A stretch of DNA of 61,760 nucleotides, filler included, from Xylographa opegraphella (Eukaryota): the NCBI GenBank assembly GCA_022813865.1. It is 4 parts of 4 records of this genome, joined end to end, with 100 filler letters (N's around TTAATTAATTAA, not from the genome) between each part and the next. Parts side by side here need not be neighbours in the genome. Positions count along the whole stretch, not along the records: positions 15,517 to 30,901 come from JALDZX010000151.1; positions 31,002 to 46,335 come from JALDZX010000152.1; 2 more parts are not named here. One strand, 5' to 3'. The notes under the pieces were generated by a model. That model was not told the origin of the DNA and ran no database searches. It saw only the letters and a list, made by a program, of their open reading frames with translations. Positions 25,200 to 38,913 of the stretch are shown here, piece by piece; positions within the stretch are counted from its first letter, which is position 1; every line of letters begins with the position of its first letter. The position numbers were made by a program, and so were the translations under genes.

Positions 25200-28100
25200 A
25201 TTTTAATTGGCCTTTTATTAACACGACCAACTATTAATTAGGTCTTAATTTATTATATAAATTTTATTAAAAAAATATTATCGATTTTAAATAAACAATC
25301 AAAATTTCCGGGTATATATTTATTATTTTCGAAAATTTAAATTTATACGCCAAACGATCGATACCTTTAAAATTTTTAAACGATTTGATAAATTATTAAT
25401 AAATTTTTCGTTAGTCGATGCTTAATATATTATATATTTTATATATTTTTAAATTTATTATATTTTTTAAAAGAAAATCGGCTTGTTTTTTAAATCGTAG
25501 TAAATCTTTATCTTTATAAATATAAATGCTATTGCGTTTTTCGTATTAATATAAATAAATCGATATTTATTAACGTTCGTTATACGCAAATTATAAATAT
25601 TATTAAATAAAACATTCGTATTATTTTAACGACGTTTTTTATTATAATTAAATAGGCGAATATAAATAATTTAGTTAATATTAAATTTTCGATTTTTATT
25701 AATTTTATATTTTGAAATTTTAGTATCTTTTTCGTTTTAAATTTATAAAGAATTTATATAAACGTTTTTTTAATAAATATAAAATTAACAAAACTATAAA
25801 GCGTATAGTTAAATCGTAATAAAATATTAAATATATTAAATAGATTTTTTAGTATCGTTATATAATATTGTAATGCAATTTTTACGGTTTAATTTAAACG
25901 TTTAAACTACTTGTTTATTTATAAATAATAAGACATATTATAAAGCAGAATTATTTTTAAAGCTTCGGAATTTTCTTTTATAATTATTCTATAATTTTAG
26001 ATTTTTATCGAAAAAAATAATTTTAAACATTTCCTAGTATAATAAATATAATTGATTTAACAAAGTTTTAATTTATACCTTGCCTTTAATAGCTATTTTT
26101 CCAGGGATAATTATAATAACTTTATTAAATTTATAAATTATTATCATTATATAATTATATTTATTCAAAAATAATTTCGATAAAGCCAGTATAAAATTAG
26201 TCGTTATTATATAAAAAAAAGTTTTAAAAGTTAAAAATTAATTATCGTAAATTATAAAAATTATGTCGAGGTATTTAATATAATACGAAAAATTAATTAT
26301 TTAAATAAATTAAAAATAAAATTCCTTATTTATTTTAATTATTAAAATTAATAATATATTATAAATAATATCGAATATATATATATTCAAATCTTTAATT
26401 GTATTAAAAATATATAAACCTTCGATTAATTTTTAATATATACGATCGTATTGTTAATATTTAAATTATTATAAGCGAGTTTAAAAACATTTTTAATTAT
26501 TAATTTAGAAATATAAAGGCGAAAAACCTGCTTTACGTTATTAAAATAAATTAAATCTTTAATTATTCAATAAGGGATTTAAACTTTATTATTTTCTGAA
26601 ATTATTATAACTTTTAATTATTATTTTAACCCGTATTTATGCGAGTTTTATAAATATTTTTTAATTAAATTTTCCCTAAAATTATCGCTTGTTTATATTA
26701 TAAATACGAAATATATTAGTACGAATTTAACTATATAAATAAAAACTACAACTTTTTTAAATATTAAATCGCGTTAAATTTATTCCTTAAATTAATATTT
26801 TATTTCGTTAACTATTTAAAAACGTAAAAGTCTAAAAAACGCGTTTAATATAATATTAAATTTATTAAATTTATTAAACTTATATCGTACGTCGAGTTTA
26901 AATCTTTAAAAATACTTTGAAAATCGTACCAATTTGAAATTTAATTTCTCAATAAATACAGTATTAAAACTTATATGCTTGAATATTTAATATATAATTC
27001 AATATCTAATAAATATGATTATCGATAGTTCTGCGAATTTTACTATATATCGTAATTCTTTAACGATTTATATTAAATCGAAAATTTTAAATTTCGTTGA
27101 CCAATATTTATATTCTGATTTAATAATTTCTTTCAATAAAAATAATAAAATTATTTTTTACTTTAGAAAATTCGTACTATTAATTATTAATTTAATAATA
27201 TAATACGCGTAAACGTCGTGTTCAATTTTATATAATAATTTTATATTAATATAAAATTATCGTTTGATCATAAAATACGTTAACATCGACGGCTAAGAAA
27301 ATAAGTTTTAAATTTAAAAAAACGCTGTTAGTTCTTGAAATATTAATACTATAATTTTTAATTTATTAAATAACTTTTTATAAACTTTTTAACGATTTTT
27401 GTTATATTTTTTCGTATAATTTATTAAAAATCGTTTTTCGAAATTGTAATAATCGAATAATTATTACGTAATAAAAATATACTGCCGTAAATAATTTATT
27501 AATTTTAAAGAATATTCGAGCTATTTTAATAAACGCGGAAATATTAATTATAGTATTGTTATAAATTTCTTTTTTTAATCGTTAATTCTAGAGTGTCAAC
27601 ATGTTGATTAAATAAAATTATTAAAAAATATTCTTAAAAAGATTTATGAAATAAAAGGCATATATTAAAATAACGCAAAAAGTTTGAAAATTTCGTTAAA
27701 ATATTATAAATACTTTTTTAAAAAGATAAAAAAATTACAATATTATTAAAGTATATTATTATAAACTTGCGGCAAGGTTTCAAAATTCTATTGATTATTT
27801 TTCATATATATACCGGAGAATTTCGATATTTTATTATCGTTATATTAAATATTTTTTGGCCTTTATAACTTAAAATTATTAAACAATAACGATATTTTTT
27901 TGTTAATTAATAAAAGAATACGTTAACGGTAGTAATATATATATCATTATTTATAGCCGCAAGTATTTCCGCTTAAAAAATAGTAAATAAATATTTAATA
28001 TCGTAATTTTGTTTAAGGCTCGAATATTAACGATGATTTTATTTTAACTTTAAATATTTTAATTCTTTTAAATTATTAAATATAAACAATTAAATAGTAT

Positions 28101-30830
28101 TAAAAACTTCGTTTTTTAAAATATATAATTTATTAAATTTTTTTATTAGTAAAATCACGATTTTGTTGTTTTATTAAATATATTTGAATTTACTTAAGTT
28201 TTTAATGCTTTTTCTAGTTATTTATTAAAAATTTATTTATTTGTTTAAATTCAAATACGTTTGCAGTATTTTATTTATTAATTTAAAAATTAAAATATTT
28301 TGTCGCAGTAAATCTTAAAAATATAATAATTAATATATCATTATAAATTATAATTTCGTTCGTAAACTTATATTCTTAAACGATCGAAGGAAAAATAATT
28401 TTGAAAATAATAACGTTAGCTAGCAGTATTATTACTAATATAATTTTTTATAATTTTTTTAATAAATTTCGATTTTAAAAATTTCGATAATTTTACGGCA
28501 AATTCTGCGTTATTTAATAATATTTTGATTATTGCCATAAAATATTTATCTGCCTCGTATTTTACCACGTTTTTTTATATATGTTTTATAGTGAAATAGT
28601 ATTTATAACAAAATTGTTTTATACGAAAACTGAAAATATATTATAATTAACAATATAAGCGAATATTAATAATTATTATCGAATTTCATTCGGTTTCATG
28701 TTACGATTTTAAATTTTACTGATATATTTTAATTAAAAACCTGGGTTGAATTCGTTAATAAATAAATAAAAAAGCACGATAACAGACTTGTCGTGTTCAA
28801 AAAAAAATTCGTATAAAATTATATTAAAGATTTTTTATTTTATGAACTAAATTATAATATAAATTAAATGCGCTTTTTATAGTAAAAAAATCTTTTATTT
28901 TATATAAAATCTTTATTTAAAGTACCCTTTTATGCCCTTAAATACCCTTTATAAAAGTAGCAAAAAGTAACGAAAAAATAGTTAACGTCGAATCGTTTTT
29001 TATCGAGCGTTAATCACTTAACGTTTTTAGTTTCTTTTATAAAGATAAAAACTTTAATACTAACTTCTTTTTTTTTTTTAAATTCTTTTTTTAAAATAAT
29101 ACTTAAAAATAAAGTATTAAATTATAATAAAAGAAAGCGACAGGTGAAGGCTATTCGTATATAAAAGAAATTCGCGATATATTTTTGCGATAAATATATA
29201 AAAAGTAGCCTAACTTGCTAACTATTTATTAGTTTAAATTATTACTCAAATGATATTCAATTAAAATTATTATCCTTATTGATCTTTATTAATACGAATT
29301 AAGTTCGAATAAAAATTAAAAAAAATTAATTTAAAAATTAACGTTGTCGTATAACTACTTTTCGTTGCAAATAAATAATTAAAAAATCTTTTTTAATTAA
29401 ACTCGAAAAGGAGCTGGCTACTGTAAAATAAATTTTTTAAAAAATGTTTACTTAAGAATTATTCAATATTAAAATTTAAAAAAAAACGAGCGCAAAAAGG
29501 CCGCAGATTTTAACTATAATTTTTTAAATTCTTTTTTCTCGACGTTTTGAGTTTATTTAATAAAAATTCTAAAGAAACTTCCGGCAGTTTTTCAGGTTGG
29601 TAAGTAGTTTTTATGTATTATTCGATTGAAAATATTTTTTTATTTAATTGAATAATTTTAATCGACTTTTTTAGAATTTTCTTTATTTCGATTTTTTATA
29701 ACGAAAAATTATTTGTAATAAAATACTAGGGTCCGCTAATTTTAACAAAAAAAATATAAAATATTAAATATATTCTTGCGTTTTTAGGTAAATCGAGAAA
29801 ATAGTTAACTAATTTTTAATTTATTTTATTAAAATCGAACCATTTTTAATATAATTAAATTTTTTACTTCGTTTTTTATTAATTAATAAACCTTTTATAA
29901 AAAGGTATATTTTTTTTCTTTAATTAAGGCCCATAATTTTAATAGTTTAATTCTTAATATTTTATTATTTTATTATTTGAAATAATTCTTTCTCGAAAAG
30001 CGATATATATCTTTTTTAAATCTTTTATTAATATTATTGCCCTGTTTATATTAAATCCCGGCTTTGATTTTTTAAATAAATCTAAATATTGTTTTAAATT
30101 CGCAAAAAGGCGTAAAATTAATTATTACGAATTATTTGTTGTTTATTACTAATTATTTTGATAATAATAACAATATTTAATTCTTTTATTAAAAATTAAT
30201 ATAATATTTTTAATATATCTTTAAATTATAATTTATTCGTTTAATATATTTATTAATTTACGAATAATAAATTATTAACATTTTTAATTTGATTTTTAAT
30301 CTAAACATTAAAGTCTTTTAAAAATTAAATATAAGTTTATTTTAATTTAATATTATTTTTACTAAAACCCCATAATTCCGTATTAATTAATTTAGTATTA
30401 AAAATATAAATTGCTTCACTGTAATTATTCTTTTAAAGAATATTATAATAAAATATTTAATAAATCTATTTCATATTATTATAATTAAATCATAATTGTT
30501 TTGTAATAAAATCCTCGAACTTCGATAATTTAATAATAAATTTATCAAAACTTATTTTTATAATATCTATAATATTTTTATAAATTAAATATTTTTATAT
30601 ACTACATGCCTGATTGATTTAGTTTTTTAGTATAATACGTATTTTTTAATATTTTTTATATATATTTTTATATTCGAGGAGTTTTATTTTCTTTTTATAA
30701 ATCTTATTGTTTTGGCAATTTCTGAATAACTATTCGTTGATTTATTATAATAATATTTAATTAATTCTTTTATTAACTAATTTTTTTTAATTTTTTTATA
30801 CAGTTTTTATTTTAAAAGCTGCGATTTATC
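25200..30830 (-). mobile_element. RIP-degraded Ty3/Gypsy retrotransposon
   Basis: Minus strand gives FNITIIKYRNSPVYM (FNVAVMGYRNSPAY) and IIYFNNIVIF (YxDD) at ~27730-27850, and FIKSFK...IDRLAYK...IYP (GPF region) at ~25300-25400. Boundaries are approximate. Confidence 0.65.
28700..28950 (+). repeat. RIP-degraded LTR family B relic
   Basis: Colinear with 3500-3740 and 45760-46000. Confidence 0.6.
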
Positions 30831-30840
30831 GTATCGGAGT

Positions 30841-30901
30841 TGTGACGATTATGACATCAGTCACAAGTAATAGGGGTCGGGCTGGATCAGGACTAGCACC
30901 T
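30841..30901 (+). mobile_element. LTR family C 5' part
   Basis: TGTGACGATT start; matches the reverse complement of 427-487 and 49020-49080; ends at a gap. Confidence 0.75.
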
Positions 30902-31001
30902 NNNNNNNNNNNNNNNNNNNNNNNNNNNNNNNNNNNNNNNNNNNNTTAATTAATTAANNNNNNNNNNNNNNNNNNNNNNNNNNNNNNNNNNNNNNNNNNN
31001 N
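30902..31001. other. Artificial scaffold gap with TTAATTAATTAA linker
   Basis: N44-TTAATTAATTAA-N44. Confidence 0.95.
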
Positions 31002-31060
31002 TGACGAATCCAACCCAGATCCCTAATCGAACTATACTAGTGAGAGGCAGGATCGTAACA
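31002..31060 (+). mobile_element. LTR family A 3' end
   Basis: Identical to 152-210. Confidence 0.7.
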
Positions 31061-31780
31061 AAAAGGTAAATCTGCAGAAATAGTACAAAGTTTTTAATTT
31101 TTGTATATTTTTTGTATATTTTTTACGCATTTATTATATCCAATACGTTCAATACCTTCAGCATTTTTTTTATTAAATTCAAAAATTAAAAAGAATGTTT
31201 TAAAATAATGATTTCGCTTAAAAATATATTGAAAAATTACTAAAAATAAATATTAGTTAATTAAGCAAAAGGATATTTACCGAAAAAAATCATTCAAATT
31301 ATTTTAAATAAATCTCTTATTAAATTTATATAAATAATATAAATACCTAATTAAATTAATTTTACGTAAAAAATTTAAATTCGTTAAAATTACTAAATTA
31401 TGTTGAGAATTTATAAAATTACAGCGTTAACGAATATTTACAAATAATACTCGTTAATTTAATACTCTATAATTTATTTTATTTTTGATTATTTTTAATT
31501 AAATTTTAAAAACGTATATAAAATATTTATTAAAGGAGTAAAAAGTTAATTTTTTATCAAACGTATTAAACATATTAAACGTATTAATTTTTTTGAATAC
31601 GTAAAAAGTATACTTTTTGATCGATTTGTAAAACTTTAAAATTTAAGCAAGAATTCTTTTTGCTAATGTAAAAAAGAATAAATATATAAAAAAATACGAA
31701 GCATTTTTATCGATTTAATATATTATCGAATTTCATTATATATTTTTGATCGAATTTTTATTTTCTTTTTTTGCTAATGA
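31061..31780 (+). repeat. Repeat family G, copy 2 (MITE-like, imperfect subterminal inverted repeats)
   Basis: Colinear with 41790-42346. TATTTTTGATCGAATTTT (31741) is inverted relative to AAAATTCGATCAAAAA (41760), and the AAACGTATTAAACATATTAAACGTATTAA tract is inverted relative to the left-end tract. Confidence 0.65.
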
Positions 31781-33283
31781 ATTTTAAATCAATTTTATAT
31801 TAACATTCGATAAATTTTGATAAATTCCATAAATTTAATTATTTCGTGTATCGTAGATTTTTCAATTTTATTTTTCAACGTTTAATGAAATCTGTTATCT
31901 TTGAAATATATAATATAAAAATCAAATTTTTAATTTTATTGTAAAAATCGTGTCGTAAATATTCGTAATCATTATCAATATCAAATCTCGTAACAAATTA
32001 TTATTAAGTTATATCGAACGATTGAATTTTGTAAAATATTACACGAATTCATATATATATAATTGATTTAAATAAATTTATTATAATAAAATAAAATAAT
32101 AAAATATATTGATATATTATTATATCATTTTGAGCAAAAACTAATATATAATTTATTAATATATTATGATATTATTTTGAGCTAAAATTAATATATAATT
32201 TATTAATAAATTTATTAATTTCTAATGCGAAATATTTAATATGTATAATTTCGAGTTTTCCAGTTTGAAATTTACGAGTTTGAAGTTTCATAAAAATATA
32301 AAATTTCAATTAATATTCGCAAATTTACGTTATTATAAATATTAAAACGCGAAAATTTTCGCAAATTTTTTTATAATCTGCGTAATTTACGTAATTATAA
32401 TAAAATCTCGCAGCATGATTTATAATAAATTCGCGTATTATTTTCGCGAGTATTTTCGTTGAATTAATCAAAAGTAGCGATTAATGTCAAATAATATCGA
32501 TAAAATTTATAAATAAAAATTAATAAAAAAATTTCGTCAAATTTATTATTAAAATATTAATTATTAAATTTATAAATTTTGTTTAATACCTAATTCGCTC
32601 GGAAATTTAAATTTTATATACGTAATACGCTTTGCGCATAATTTTTATTACAATAATTATTATATAAACTCGATTCGCGTTAAAAATCAATTATAAACGT
32701 CGACGAGCGTTATTCATCGATATAATTATTTTGAATCGTTAAAAAACTGTTGATATTAATTTGAATTATATATTATCAAATATCGTTATATTTAATAATT
32801 ATCGCTTTTAACGTATTTAATATAATTTATTATAATTTAATATTATTAATAATTTTCTAAAAGTGAATTAATACTGTTATTACAATATAACAAAAGATTT
32901 TATTTATTCAATCGGAGATTTTTTTAATAAATTCAGAATATAATGGGCAAATTAATTGGCAGCGAAAAAATTGGTGTAAAGTTGTGTTATTTAATGTTTT
33001 AGCGTTGAATAATGCCAAGACTTGGGAAACTCATAGATCGAGCGCTTCTTTTCGAGACACAGATGCCGAACAGTCAAAGGATTTCATTGAACAACCTGAA
33101 AAGTGTCTTGAGAAACAGACAATATATAGCTCAAACATTGCGGCGATCATGAATAAAACAAGTGCATATTCGCTACATGTGGGCATGCTTTAGCTGCACA
33201 GACAAGCTTATCTCGACCGAACCACGTATGCTTATACTACTACCACTGAGGACTCTGCGCTTGACTTTCAACATGAAGGAGTG

Positions 33284-36200
33284 ATGACCACTCATTACGA
33301 TGCGCGCAACAGTAAGCCGCCAGCGCGGACGAATTCTGCCGGCACCGTTGGACAGTTGAGCGGTGTTCCTGCACAAACGTTGTCGCTGCCGCCCAATTCC
33401 GTGCCTCTCCAAACTATTACCAGTTCAATCTCGACAAATTCTACACTTTATGATACTATTGGACCTGCACCAAAGCGTCAGAAAACTCATGGTGGATACG
33501 CATCTATCACCGGCCTAGTCAACTCATATATTGTGCTCGAAAAATCCTCCAATCTTTTCCCAAGCAAAACGCTTTCTGAAGTTGGAGTAATCGCCCGTCC
33601 TACCCAAACCGAGTCAACCAGGACTATATCTACCACGACATCCGTCCTTATACCGTCTTCGCCTACAAGGCCGCATCTAAAACCACTTCGTAAGCCTGGG
33701 GTCGCACGGTTATCACTAAGTAAAAGTGTGAATGAGGAAGTGCAAACTAAGCCATATGCGCTGGAGGTACCAAAGATCGCTCCACAATACGAAAACCATA
33801 GTAAGTCATGTTCCGTGTCACTCAGTTTATGATGCTAACAACGATTCTACAGCTTCTACCGATTTTTTCCCATGGCTTGGAACTCACCAGGAAGATATAC
33901 TTGGCGAAATCTCCACCAAAAATGGGTTTTACGACAGGACTCTGGCTACTCCTCAGGAGTACAACAGTGGTGCTCGTTCTATAATCTGGACAAATCTCAA
34001 GCACAAATCTGGCTTGCAAATTCTGTCCTCTCTTTTCGTTTCAGTGTTAGATCGACGTCAGAAAGGCGGTATAGTAACCGCCAAATGTACCTTCAAGCCT
34101 CCACCTCGGGTCACGTTAACGGACGCTAAAAGGGAGTCTTGGCTTAGAGACCTCGCAAGTTCGACAATTCCATTACGTCGATTGAGCAGGACCATACCTC
34201 ACGGCATTAGGGGCAAAAGCCTTCTAGATCACTGCTTGGCCAAAAAGATTCCGGTATCACGGGCTGTATGGTTGGCAAAGTGCGTAGGAGCGAATGAAAT
34301 TCGTGCATTTAAGAGAAAGGGTACAAGCGGCGCATTTGCTACTGGTGGAGAGAGCAAATGGATCAGAGAATGGACGGCCAATGTAGAACAGTTTGTGGAA
34401 GTGATTGTCCGCTCGTGCGGTTCTCCCGAATGGCAGCTTGACCTGACATATGGGTATGTTTGCGAGAGATCTGCAGAACGTATTTGATACTAATTTGCTA
34501 CAGGCTGCAGCTCGTGAAGCATATATATTCGGAACATTTACTGAATAAACAGCACTTCCTCGACTGGATTCTTACGTCTTTCCAAGATAGCGACTTCAGT
34601 CTGCTACCCTCGTGGTTTCTGGTACTCCAGGGTTACTTTGACGACATAACATGTCAGATACCCCTGGGTCGCAGACTTGTCAAAGCCCTACTAGAGCGAC
34701 TTCACAAGGTATGTTTGCACTGTCGTCTGTCTCAAATACACTCACAATGCTTAACATCACTTTGTCAGATATCTAATGTCGATATTGGAAATATCTCTGA
34801 CTCGATCAGTAAAAAGCTATTTACCGCGTTACGTTCACTGATTCTGTCATATCCATCTTACATTTTGGTTCCAGATAGCTGGGCTAAATATGAACCCATC
34901 CTCAAAGCATGTACCCCAAGATCTGACACTAGATGGGCATCCCGCATCAAACAGATCGAGACACGCAACTTTCGCCTCATCGAGAAATCAGCTGAAGCGC
35001 TGAGGGATTCTGGCACGACCTCCCGAAAAAGATTCATTGATTTACTTGATACATCACAAGTTGCGTCAGATATCAGTATTCTCTCCATGAAATCGCTTGA
35101 TACGCTTGAAAATCGAGCACTTCTCATATATACTCTCCTGGAGTGGTCTACGACCCCATACAGAACCGGGCTACAACGAACGTATGTAGCACTCCGGCTT
35201 TTGCGCCTTTGGAACGATGAAGGCCTGGATCTCGATCGGTCTGTCTTGCAATTCCTAGGCAAAGCCTCTACGGCAGCAGCCGTGGACAGGAAAGCCATAT
35301 ATAGGCTCATATCCGAGATGATAAGGACAGGACTTTTCTCGATTAGTAAGTATCTGCAGTGGCTTATTGCTGGCGGCTCACGCATCGAGCATGCAGTTTC
35401 TGTTTCTGTGAGTGCAACGTTAGATTCTCTCCCTCTAGCATGACTGATTGCTACAGGCCGACGCGTTTGAGCTAGAATTACTGAATAATATCCCTTTGTG
35501 CGACCTCCCTTTACACGTATTGAATCTACGAACGATTCTCATAACAATTAACAGTGTGTCATGCTCGAATAATTATGACAACGAGGAAGCAGTAAAGCAA
35601 AACTTAGGAACACATATTTCTGTCCTAAAAACCAGCTGTATTCAACACCAAGAAGGAGATCTAACCACAGCCTTGGCAAATCTAAGTGGTACCACGAAGT
35701 ACTCGATCAGTCGCTGGATCAGGGATCGAGTTGGCGATGAATGTTCATGCACCAAAGGTGCTGGATCTGGAAAAACGGATGATGACCTTTCAAGAGCCTC
35801 TATTAGCTTAGCCGATTTCTATGCCGTGCGGCATGTGCTCGAAACTTTGGAGGACTTTCCAATGCTTGCTGAAGTGCTCATTCTGCTGTGCGCGAGTGAC
35901 AAGAAACCTCTTCTCGAGGCTATCGCAGAAACCGTTAATCAGCACGTCGAAGTGTTTCGTGCCATTGGCGCCGCCGAGGATCTTTTTCTGAGACTTGTTT
36001 CCAGGACGAAGGGTATCTATACCAGAGACCAGTCGAACAAGTCGATCCTTTCATCGCTTGTTGATATCGGAGAGAACTTTCCTAATAGAGGTGCAACGGT
36101 TCTGAAATTGATGCAAGAGATTGGCTTCTGCGATCCCAAAACTGCAATTGTTGCACGTTCCCCTATATCTGATACCATGGCCGACGCAGTCCAGTCTGGT

Positions 36201-38131
36201 GACTCAAACTTCTTAGAAGAGTTGGAAACAATGTTGAGCGGCGGAGTATGTTTAGATAAGCCAATCCTTCATGGGATATTTACTACTATTTCGGAAAGAG
36301 TACGAACTGCTTGGTTTGATGATGATCCGATCAAGTGCCGATACATTTCACTCTTGTCACAGCTCCGCTCCATCGACAACCATGAGTATGATCACCTAAT
36401 GTTTGGATGGCTTCAGCAGCTCCTGTGTCTAGGCTCTCACCCTCCTCTTGTGAGAATAATATCTCCGATGGTTTGTGCTGGAGTCCTAGATTTGCAGACT
36501 TTGGTTCAACGTTTTCTTTCAAATCCGAACAATGAAGCGAATATAGGCGACTGTCATAGAATATCATTGGACTTATTCTCCTTGTTCGACCGAAGGTCAG
36601 CCGGAAACGACAGGGATCGTTTGGAGGTTAGCCTGCTGTCCAATCGCTTCTGGTCACAACTGACTTCAAATTTAGAGATCATATGAATACCGTAAAGTAT
36701 TGAGAAAATTTTTCCGTACTAATCCTGATACCATTATAACCTTGTTTGGTCGTTGCTTTAAAGCCTGCGTGGCAGATGATGCGGTCGTCCAGGATCGTGC
36801 TCGGACTCTAATAATGAGTTCTTTCTGTCTAGACTTAATCAAAGATGTAGTGCTATGGTACAAACCAGCTGTTAATTCTCTAGAACAAGTATTCAGTACA
36901 AACCCCGGCTTGCGCAATTTGGCACACAGGATGTTGGACCATTTGTTGTGTTTAATGCCTCCATCAAGTAAGTCGTATGAACGTATGAAGTCTTGACTGT
37001 CTAATGCAACCAGTGCGAGCGCCTATAACTATTAGCCAGGAGATTCGCACCCTTCTGCGTTTCGCCAACGACTTCAACATCAGATTATGCCAGCTCAAGT
37101 TGAAAATCATGCTTAATGTCCCACAAGATCACGTACATGACAGCGATACCTTTCGAGAAGAATGCACAACTGTTTTGGTCGAAGAGGCTACTTCAACTTT
37201 TAAGTCTCGTCCTGAGATCTGGCTATCCTTTCTTTCGAGTCTACCACAGCCGAACGCTGAAATGGTATTGCGCTTCCAGTGAATAAACGTGATTGTGCTG
37301 ACTAAGAACAGTTCTATGCACGATGTACGTTGAAACTGTTAGCTACTATGCCAGAATGTGCCTTGGAAACCTCGACTCCTAAATATACTCCTCACTTATC
37401 TGTCGTCAACATCGATGCTCTGCTTGCCAGCATCGCTGCTCTTGAAGATAGACTTTCAAGCATGCCAAGTATTGATAGCATAGCAATGATGTCAATGAAG
37501 ATCTCCCAAGTTCACTCATATATTCAGGCTCGAGACCGAGGGCTAGGCTCTCAACACGAAGGGGAAAGTCACATAAACAGAGTCCGCCGTAGAGTAGAGC
37601 AAGATAATGTGCTTAGGGGGTAAGATTTTAGATACAGCTATTCATGTTCTTGCTAACACCTGTAGGATCCATGTTCTGCTCAGACTTTTGACAATACATC
37701 AAAGCGTCATACGGAATATCGGATTTCCTCAAGAGACGCTTTGCAAGTTTCTTCTGTCTCTTAGTCTTTTGGCAACAACATCCAAGCTCAAAGCCAATAG
37801 ATTGCTTTCGAACACCGTCCTTGACGCCATAGCATTGTTTTCCGACTTGCTGTGTCCGGAGAGCTGGTCTTATTGTACAGCTGTGCTAGCTGACCAACAA
37901 CATCTACACGATTATCCTCTAAGAAAAATATTTACATCGGCAAATGATGAGTCCGACTGGCTTCACGTCACTGGCCTTTGCAAAATGTCCACTGTTTTGG
38001 CAGAAACTATAACCCCTGTGCCATTCCCAATTCGAAGGTGGGAAATGGTACAAGACGCAACACCAATGATTGGTGAAAATGACACAAGTTTGAGCCTAAC
38101 GTTGTTTGGGGCTAAGAAAGCTGTCTTATAA
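33284..38131 (+). CDS. SRB8: Mediator of RNA polymerase II transcription subunit 12 (Med12/Srb8), ~9 exons
   Basis: Contains DFFPWLGTHQED, FKPPPRVTLTDAKRESWLRDLAS..IPLRRLSRTIPHGIRGK and RAVWLAKCVGANEIRAFKRKG (Med12 domain), and the C-terminal WEMVQDATPMIGENDTSLSLTLFGAKK. GT..AG introns (e.g. 33801-33852, 34454-34503) join the listed ORFs. The start codon is tentative. Confidence 0.93.
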
Positions 38132-38199
38132 CACAACAATGTTCACTATGATACTATATCCCAGCACGTATCTGAAGCGCATTCAATGATTTTTCGATA

Positions 38200-38290
38200 T
38201 GCATGTTCTTTGATAATTAGCCAGCATGCATGTTCTTTGATAACTTAGCCAGCATGCATGTTCTTGAATAACTTTAGCCAGCATGCATGC
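38200..38290. repeat. Three tandem ~28-bp units downstream of Med12
   Basis: GCATGTTCTTTGATAA(C)TTAGCCAGCAT repeated three times. Confidence 0.85.
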
Positions 38291-38913
38291 AAACGAGAAA
38301 TGCCAGCGAAAGCTTTTATCGGTATCAACGGCACAAAGTATTATTTCGGTGTTTTTGGCCTTGGAAAGCGTGCTGCTGAATATTCCTGGAACATTAGCAG
38401 TTAGTAGGTAACCCGACGTACTGGGGCTTACATGTGGGTTTTACACATATCATGTACTTCAGGGTACCTCTGATATCAATTGTCCTCTTGTCCCAGTGGG
38501 TAAACCCTCCGTTAGTCCCCATGGCTTAAAGTTTAGCCGCCGTACAATTTCCTTAGGCAGGCCGCATTAATCATCGAGGTGGCAACAGCGGACACACAGC
38601 TTCTCTCCTTCCGGTATTTTCGAAAATATTATGTGTAAGTGGTATGACGCTGGATATTTCTTCCGGATTAGTCTATGGTCTACAATATAGCACTGGTACT
38701 GAAGATTGTTGAAGCAGCACGCTGATCTATATGACCCTGGCGTCAATGGTTACAATATAAAAATTTACTATGGAGAACGAAAAACGGATAATGCTAGTCC
38801 ATGGTCATGCGTCTTGAACATTGACCAGCGAAGACTGCGTGCACATGGACCGCATTGAGCAAAAATCGGCTAACAATATTTCACTCCTCGAATCAGTCTT
38901 CTTGACAACCCTT

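Noticed and set aside
30841..31060. One solo LTR spanning the gap
   Set aside because: The left part is family C (its true end is TCGTCACA at 49202) and the right part is family A; no TSD.
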